DNA of 64,000 nt from Vulcanimicrobiota bacterium (lineage in GTDB: Bacteria; Vulcanimicrobiota; Vulcanimicrobiia; Vulcanimicrobiales; Vulcanimicrobiaceae), in contig CAVRQT010000002.1 of NCBI GenBank assembly GCA_963723515.1, positions 576,001-640,000 on the forward strand, in the 5' to 3' direction. How positions within the stretch are numbered: position 1 is the first letter of the stretch; the number at the start of each line of letters is the position of its first letter. A program made the position numbers and the translations under genes. Shown here one piece after another: positions 56,031-64,000 of this stretch. The notes under the pieces are model-generated. The model did no database searches. It was not told the DNA's origin and saw only the letters and a program-made list of their open reading frames with translations.

Positions 56031-57393
56031 ATGGCGCTTGCGTTCAGCAACTCCGACATTTCGAATGAGCTGTGGCAATCTGCGCTCGTCGCATTAGAGC
56101 AGCGCTTTTCCAAACCGGTCTACGAGATGTGGATCAAGCCGATCAGATTCGTCAGTCTGTCGGGCAGCGAACTTACACTCGCCGTTCAATCAAACTTCGC
56201 CCGCGATTGGGTCGAGAACCGTCTAAAGCCACAGATTCGTGACATCCTTACCGAGGTGTTAGGGGCAGAACTCGAACTGCACTTCACGGTCGCCCCGGAC
56301 GCCCCCGACGCTGCGGCTGAGGCGCCGGCCCCGGAGCCCCAGCCCAAGGCCCCGGACGAGTACCGGCCCGGCAATCTGAACTCTCGCTACACCTTCGAAG
56401 AGTTTGTCGTCGGAAACAGCAACCGCTTTGCCCACGCGGCCGCGCAGGCAGTGGCCGTTACCCCGGCACGCGCCTACAACCCGCTCTTTATCTATGGCGG
56501 CGTCGGCCTCGGGAAGACGCATTTGATGCATGCGATCGGCCATCGTGTCATGCAAGAGAATCGGAGCGCGAACGTCGTCTATGTTTCAAGCGAGAAGTTT
56601 ACCAACGAATTCATCATCGCGATCAAAAACAACCAGACGCCGGAGTTTCGCAACAAGTACCGCCATGTCGACGTGCTGCTGATCGACGACATCCAATTCC
56701 TCGAAGGCAAAGAGCAGACGCAAGAAGAGTTCTTTCATACCTTCAACTCGCTGCACGAGTCCGGGCGGCAGCTCGTGATCTCGAGCGACCGTCCACCCAA
56801 AGAAATCCAAACGCTCGAGAATCGTTTGCGCTCGCGATTCGAATGGGGTTTGCTGACCGATATTCAATCGCCGGACTTAGAGACACGCGAAGCGATCTTG
56901 CGCAAGAAAGCGGAATCAGAAAAGGTTCCGGTTCCCGACGAAATCACAACGTTCATCGCCCGCGTTATTCCTTCGAACATTCGCGAACTTGAAGGCGCAT
57001 TGATTCGCGTCGTTGCCTTCGCATCGCTGACCAAATCCGCGATCACGTTGGAGCTTGCAACCGAAGTGCTCAAGAGTGCCGTGGCACAAGTTCCGTTGCG
57101 TCGCGTTACGATTCTGCTTGATTAAAGAGCGCGTCTCTCGCGCCCACGGCCTGACCGTAAAAGAGATGGATTACCAGCGCCGCGATCAGCGATTAGCAGC
57201 GCCGCGCCAGATCGCCATGTACATCGCGCGCGAGCTCACCGACTGCTCTTTGCCGCAGATTGCCCGCGAGTTCGGTAAGAAAGATCATACGACGGTGATG
57301 TACGCCTATAACAAAGTTAAGGATCAGATGCAACGCGACGAGGCGTACCGCAACAAGGTTCGCTCGCTGATCACGCTGTGCCAAAACGAGTGA
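56031..57393 (+). CDS. dnaA: Chromosomal replication initiator, frameshift near 57115
   Basis: [36 protein letters not shown] and KDHTTV motifs. Confidence 0.98.
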
Positions 57394-57635
57394 TCATCGC
57401 CCTCCACAATTTCGGTTACAAGGCCTATACGAAAACTGCGGATAACGGCGCCTTGGACGCCGGGCGGGTAAAAGTGCAGAGCTCACCGCGACATCTGCAC
57501 AGTTTGTCCGAACCGAAAGTCCAGCGGCGGCGCGGTATCGGGCACTTGTACGCAGAATACACCGCCTTACTACTATAGACCGTTACTCATTTATTTATAT
57601 CTGGAAAAACGGCGCAGTTTAAAAACGGTGGATGA
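57394..57635. promoter_or_regulatory. dnaA-dnaN intergenic origin segment with putative unwinding element (oriC part 2)
   Basis: Degenerate DnaA boxes (TGCGGATAA), then TTGTACGCA-GAATACACC-GCC-TTACTACTATA trio-like repeats and an AT-rich tract. Confidence 0.75.
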
Positions 57636-58751
57636 ATGAAGTTCACGTGTAACACTAAGGACATCTCGGCCGCCGTCGGCGCGGCAAGCAAGGTCGTCAA
57701 CGCGCACACGACGGTTCCGATCCTCTCAAACGTGCTGTTGACGGCCAATGGTGAGCGCATATCGGTGCGCGCGACGGATCTCGAACTGACGCTCGAGCAC
57801 GCTTTTCCGGCGGAAATATCGGAGCCGGGCAGCGTGACGGTGCCGGCGCGGCTTTTCTCCGGCTATCTCGGAAATCTGCCGCCGGGACTGCTCGAGCTCA
57901 AAGGCACGCCGACACGCGCGACCGTCAAATGCGAGCGTTCGAACTACGATTTTCACGCGTTGCCGGCCGACGAATACCCGCCGCTTCCCTCCGCGCAAAA
58001 GGGCCAGACATTTACGATCTCCGCGAAGCGCTTTCGTGCCGGCGTCGCCGGCACGATCTTTGCCGCCTCCAGCGAGGAAGCGCGCGGCGCCGTCTTGATG
58101 GGGACGCTGCTTGAAGTCGATGGCGACTCACTGACGATGGTCGCCACCGACGGCTACCGCCTTGCGAAGTTTCAAACGAATTTGGAGAGCGGCATCTCCG
58201 GTGCCGAAAAATACATCATCCCCTCGCGCGCTCTCGCTGAGGCGGCACGCAACCTTGGCGCAACCGACACGATAACGATCAGCGCGCTCGGTGCACAGAA
58301 CAATCAGCTGGCGGTCGCAGCGGGAGACACGTCGATCATCGTGCGGCTCGTCGACGGGCAGTATCCGAATTACGGGCAGGTTATTCCCGAAAAATTCGAT
58401 CGCTCGTGCGCCGTCAATACGGCGCAATTGATTGCCGGACTCAAACGCGCGGAGTTAGTGGCCGGCGATCGCGCTTCGATGGTCAAGCTCGCGATCTCGA
58501 ATCAGACACTGATTCTCACGGCGTCATCCGACATCGCCGGCAACGCCTACGAGGAACTGGAAGTCGAGCAAACCGGTGAGGACTTAACGATCGCCTTTAA
58601 CGCGCGCTATCTCGTCGAGATTCTCAACCACATCGAAAGCCCGCAGACCGTCATGGAGTTCTTGGGTCCGCTCTCGCCGACGGCGATCAAACCGCAAGAA
58701 CAATCGGAGGATGGCACGCAGCTGTATGTCTTGATGCCGCTGCGGCAGTAA
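57636..58751 (+). CDS. dnaN: DNA polymerase III beta clamp
   Basis: PILSNVLL, ATDLE, VATDGYRL, GQYPNY and VLMPLR motifs. Confidence 0.98.
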   Translation: MKFTCNTKDISAAVGAASKVVNAHTTVPILSNVLLTANGERISVRATDLELTLEHAFPAEISEPGSVTVPARLFSGYLGNLPPGLLELKGTPTRATVKCERSNYDFHALPADEYPPLPSAQKGQTFTISAKRFRAGVAGTIFAASSEEARGAVLMGTLLEVDGDSLTMVATDGYRLAKFQTNLESGISGAEKYIIPSRALAEAARNLGATDTITISALGAQNNQLAVAAGDTSIIVRLVDGQYPNYGQVIPEKFDRSCAVNTAQLIAGLKRAELVAGDRASMVKLAISNQTLILTASSDIAGNAYEELEVEQTGEDLTIAFNARYLVEILNHIESPQTVMEFLGPLSPTAIKPQEQSEDGTQLYVLMPLRQ

Positions 58752-58767
58752 AGCGTCCGAAGCGATC

Positions 58768-59871
58768 CTGCGCCTGAACCACGTCGCGCTTTCGAATTTA
58801 CGAAACTACTCGAATTTGGAGCTCGAGCCGCAGCCGGGCTTAAATGTCTTTATCGGTGAGAACGCGCAAGGCAAGAGTAATCTGCTCGAAGCGATCGCGC
58901 TGCTCGGCACCGGAAAATCGTTTCGCACGAGCCGGGAAGCGGATCTGATCAAGCACGGGTTGTCGATCGCGTCCATTTCGGGGGAAGCGCAGATGCGAGC
59001 CGGTACGGTTCGCTTGAGTTGCACGATTGCGAACACCGGTCGTGGCATTCGCAAAACCTATACACTAAACGGCGAGCCGGTCCGCTACGCGCGGTTCCTC
59101 GGCTCGGCAAAAATCGTGACCTTCACACCCTGGGATCTCCAACTCGTTACCGGCGCGCCGAGCCTGCGACGCGCGATGCTGAACGGTGCTCTCTCGCAAG
59201 CTCAGCCGATGTACTACAGCCATCTTTTGCGTTATCAAAAGGCACTCGCGCAAAAGGCGGCATTGCTGCGTGGCGCGATCGAACCCGACGCGGAACTCAT
59301 ACGCGTATATAACCAAACGCTCGTCGATCACGGTGCCGGATTGATGGCGGCGCGAGCGCAGTTTGTCGAAGCGCTCAATACGCCTGCGCACAATGTCTAT
59401 CGCAAGTGGACGGGCGGCGACGAGCGCTTAACGCTATCCTACGAGCCGAACGTGCCCTTTGAGGCTCGCACCCAAGACGCGATCGAGGCGGCGTTACATG
59501 CGCGCTTGGCGGCGGTCGCGCAATTGGAAGCACAGCGGAAGATGTGCATCGCGGGGCCGCATCGCGATGACGTTACGCTCTTACTGGACGGCATGTCGCT
59601 GGCCGCGTTTGGTTCGCAAGGGCAGCATCGGATGGCGGTACTCGCACTCAAAGTTGCCGAATACATCGTCATGCAAGAGCGCGGCGCGGAAGCGCCATTG
59701 CTATTTCTCGACGACGTGCTTTCCGAATTGGATCATCGCCGCGCCGCGGCGTTCCTGAGCGGCATCGGCAATTACGAGCAGGCGTTCATGACGGCAACGA
59801 GCGTTCCAAACGGTATTCCGGCCGCGGCGCAATATCGGATCACGCAAGCGGCGCTGGAGCGCATCGCATGA
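58768..59871 (+). CDS. recF: DNA replication/repair protein RecF; apparent CTG start
   Basis: NLRNY, GENAQGKSNLLEAI, GPHRDD, GSQGQ and LDDVLSELD motifs. Confidence 0.96.
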   Translation: MRLNHVALSNLRNYSNLELEPQPGLNVFIGENAQGKSNLLEAIALLGTGKSFRTSREADLIKHGLSIASISGEAQMRAGTVRLSCTIANTGRGIRKTYTLNGEPVRYARFLGSAKIVTFTPWDLQLVTGAPSLRRAMLNGALSQAQPMYYSHLLRYQKALAQKAALLRGAIEPDAELIRVYNQTLVDHGAGLMAARAQFVEALNTPAHNVYRKWTGGDERLTLSYEPNVPFEARTQDAIEAALHARLAAVAQLEAQRKMCIAGPHRDDVTLLLDGMSLAAFGSQGQHRMAVLALKVAEYIVMQERGAEAPLLFLDDVLSELDHRRAAAFLSGIGNYEQAFMTATSVPNGIPAAAQYRITQAALERIA

Positions 59872-60710
59872 GCTTGCTGCGGCTTTCAGATGCTTGCCGT
59901 AATTGGGCACCGCTGCAGGATACGCATGTCCAGCCGCTGGTCGCGATTGCTGCGGCGTGGCCGGCGATCGTAGGAACGCAGGTCGCCGCAAATTCACAGC
60001 CTCTTGAAATACGCGGTGATACGCTGATCATCGCAACGCGCTCGCATTCATGGACGCACCAGCTCAGTTTCATGACCGAACAGGTCATCGCCGCCATTAC
60101 GCGAGATGCGCCCGTCGCAAAAATCGAACGCGTGCGTTTCCGTGTCGGGCGCGTTACGCCGGCGCGTGCGACTGCCGTGCGCCATACCCAAAGACGTCCT
60201 CAGCCAAAGGGGCTTCCCGAAGATCGGCCACCGGTAAAGTCGCTAAACGACGTGCTGACGCGCTTTCGTGAAGACGTTCGATCCGCGCGCGAAGCGCGGA
60301 TCGCAAGTGGGGCGCGGCTATGCCGTGGTTGCGGCATTGCGATGGCGCAAGGGCGGCCCGCATGCTGTGCGCCATGTTTGCAAGCCGAAACCGACCAACG
60401 GCATCGAGCGGTCGCGCGGCTGCTCTTTGAGGCGCCGTGGCTTGGCTTTGCCGGCATCTCAGCACTGGTCGACGGCCTGACCGAACGTGATTACGGAGTC
60501 GTACGCCTGAAGTTGTTGCGCCGGTGGTGGGAGACGCTTTTGAAAGCGCAGCGGGCCGGGCGGCTTTCACCGGATCGTCGCGAGAGATTGATCGCCAGTT
60601 CTTACGTTATCTTAAGGAGCGGGCTCGATCCCGAGCACATCGTTCCGCCGGTCGTGCGCAATTTGCTCGGTGACGAACTGCACGACTTAATCTACGGAAT
60701 CTCGAACTAA
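59868..60710 (+). CDS. dciA: DUF721/DciA-family protein with C-terminal Cys4 motif and helical extension
   Basis: WPAIVG.QVA..S.P, WTHQLSF; located between recF and gyrB. Confidence 0.8.
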   Translation: MSLLRLSDACRNWAPLQDTHVQPLVAIAAAWPAIVGTQVAANSQPLEIRGDTLIIATRSHSWTHQLSFMTEQVIAAITRDAPVAKIERVRFRVGRVTPARATAVRHTQRRPQPKGLPEDRPPVKSLNDVLTRFREDVRSAREARIASGARLCRGCGIAMAQGRPACCAPCLQAETDQRHRAVARLLFEAPWLGFAGISALVDGLTERDYGVVRLKLLRRWWETLLKAQRAGRLSPDRRERLIASSYVILRSGLDPEHIVPPVVRNLLGDELHDLIYGISN

Positions 60711-60720
60711 AAAAGAAGAT

Positions 60721-60926
60721 ATGTCACTTACGCGACCCCACGGGGAATGCTGCTTCGCGAATTATCGTGAGGGAGCGAAGAATAGAATTGTTGTTACGCG
60801 ACCCCGCGGGGAATCGAGGCGCTTCAAAAATGGTGATGGAGCGATAGTCTTGGGCGCCCCAGCTCGGCTGGGGGGCGCCCTTCGACGCGCTCAGGACAAG
60901 CTGCGCTTGGAGCGGAGCGCCTTGTA

Positions 60927-60927
<1 letters not shown>
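60721..60927 (+). repeat. Dispersed fixed-spacer leader element, copy 3 (two tandem units, 66-nt period), open as a 68-codon ORF
   Basis: Units start at 60730 and 60796, each with a 19-nt spacer; hairpin 60857-60873; TAA overlaps the gyrB ATG. Confidence 0.93.
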
Positions 60928-62826
<1,899 letters not shown>

Positions 62827-62903
62827 TGGAGTCGCGGAACGCCGCTGCCACCAGAGCCGTTTTCAAGGGTACAAGAGAGCCGCGTAGGCTAGGCCGCGGT
62901 TTA

Positions 62904-63166
62904 GGGACCCGCGCGCGATAGTTTGCGCGGAGGCGTATGAGGCGAGTTTCTGCCGCATCGTGGCGAAGATGAACGCAACGTTGCGCGAAGTGCAACGCGT
63001 ATCGGGACCCGCTGCGCGAAGTTTGCGCGGGGGCGTGTCGAGTTGGGGACCCGCGCGCGATAGTTTGCGCGGGGGCGTGTGAGGCGAGTTTCTGCCGCAT
63101 CGTGGCAGAAGGGAGCCGAAACGCCGAACGTTGCGCGAAGTGCAACGCTGTCTAAAGGAGAGCGCT
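62904..63166 (+). repeat. Modular tandem hairpin repeat array upstream of the next gene
   Basis: GGGACCCGC...GTTTGCGCGG(A/G)GGCGT at 62904, 63004 and 63046; GAGGCGAGTTTCTGCCGCATCGTGGC and AACGTTGCGCGAAGTGCAACGC each occur twice. Confidence 0.9.
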
Positions 63167-64000
63167 TTGCGACCAAAACGTCTGTGGGTTGTGATCGGGA
63201 CGCTCGTAGTGGCCGCAGGCCTGATCTTTGCCGGCCGCCACGCTATCGCGCGCGTTTTGACCGAGCAGATCCTTAGCGTCGCGAGCGGTTACCACGTTCG
63301 CATCGGCGAGATGCATTTGCAGTCGGATCACGGCGCCTTTCTTGATGTTCATGTTTCTAAGGACGCCGATCCGGTGCTTGGATGCGGATCGGATTGACCT
63401 CTACTACAACTTGCGCGACCTGCTCCCGGGAAGCAAGCATCGCTTCGGCTTTCGCGGCGTGACAATCGCTCGGCCGCAGCTCACGATCGTCCACCATAAA
63501 GACGGCTCCTACAACATCAGCCGCGGACGGCCAAGCGGCAACGTTGCACCTGGTCAGACCCGCACCGCCGGCACGCCGCTCGACTACTTCGCGCGCATGC
63601 GCGACGGCAGCGCGAAGCTGATCGACCAATACACCTATTATAAGGAAGCGCGGGTTCAGACGGTCCGCCATATCAATGCCGTCTTGTCGGTCAAGTCCGA
63701 CGAAAGCACGCACTACGTCGTCGCAGGCGACTTCGTTGAGCAGACCGATCAGCCGCTCGAAGCGGTCGGGACGATCGACTACATCCGTGGCTTCGCAATG
63801 CATCACGTCACGGCAAAAGCCGTGCCAATCCGTACGATCGCGAATTATTTCATCAACTCGCCGGCGGCACGATTCCTCGGCGGCAACGCACGTAACTTCG
63901 AGGCGCGAATGTATGCGCTCGACGTTCGTCCCGGTATGCCGATTGCATACCACATCGGTGGGCGAGCCGATCTCACCGACGGCGCCATTTCAATTAAAGG
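63167..64000 (+). CDS. AsmA/TamB-like envelope protein N-terminus (partial, frameshift near 63385)
   Basis: AGGAG RBS with TTG start, N-terminal TM anchor, beta-rich sequence with PQLTIVHHKDGSYN. Confidence 0.55.

Noticed and set aside
60728..60845. CRISPR array interpretation of the tandem repeat-spacer units
   Set aside because: At most two units per locus, bipartite repeats, 19-nt spacers, dispersed copies and no cas genes in the window.

Overview
This is a GC-rich bacterial replication-origin region made almost entirely of housekeeping genes. From left to right it holds: glyA and rpiB; a 6S RNA; a D-Glu/peptide-recycling-like operon; aspS, an LPS-core/ADP-heptose cluster, accB and hisS; purH-smc-rnc-fabF; rpmA-obgE-nadD-maf-mreCD-mrdA; a large DUF11-repeat protein; trpS; thiDE-parBA-cca-rsmG-mnmG-mnmE-jag-yidC-yidD-rnpA-rpmH; and oriC-dnaA-dnaN-recF-dciA-gyrB. 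LPS genes combined with a Bacillota-like origin layout and an L27 N-terminal extension suggest a diderm Terrabacteria lineage such as Eremiobacterota (inference only). Many essential genes carry single-base frameshifts, most likely long-read consensus errors, so several boundaries are approximate. The most unusual signal is a dispersed modular element immediately upstream of accB, rpmH and gyrB. Its layout is GCGACCCC(A/G)CGGGGAAT, then exactly 19 variable nt, then TGA(G/T)GGAGC, a CCCCAGC-TCG-GCTGGGG hairpin, an optional REP-like insert, and a GA(A/G)CGGAGCGCCTT RBS box. It occurs in 66-nt tandem units and stays open as a mini-ORF coupled to the downstream gene. A related modular repeat follows gyrB, and a MITE-like hairpin precedes the epimerase. 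A LAGLIDADG-like ORF that appears to lack its catalytic residue sits beside a parS site in the par operon.
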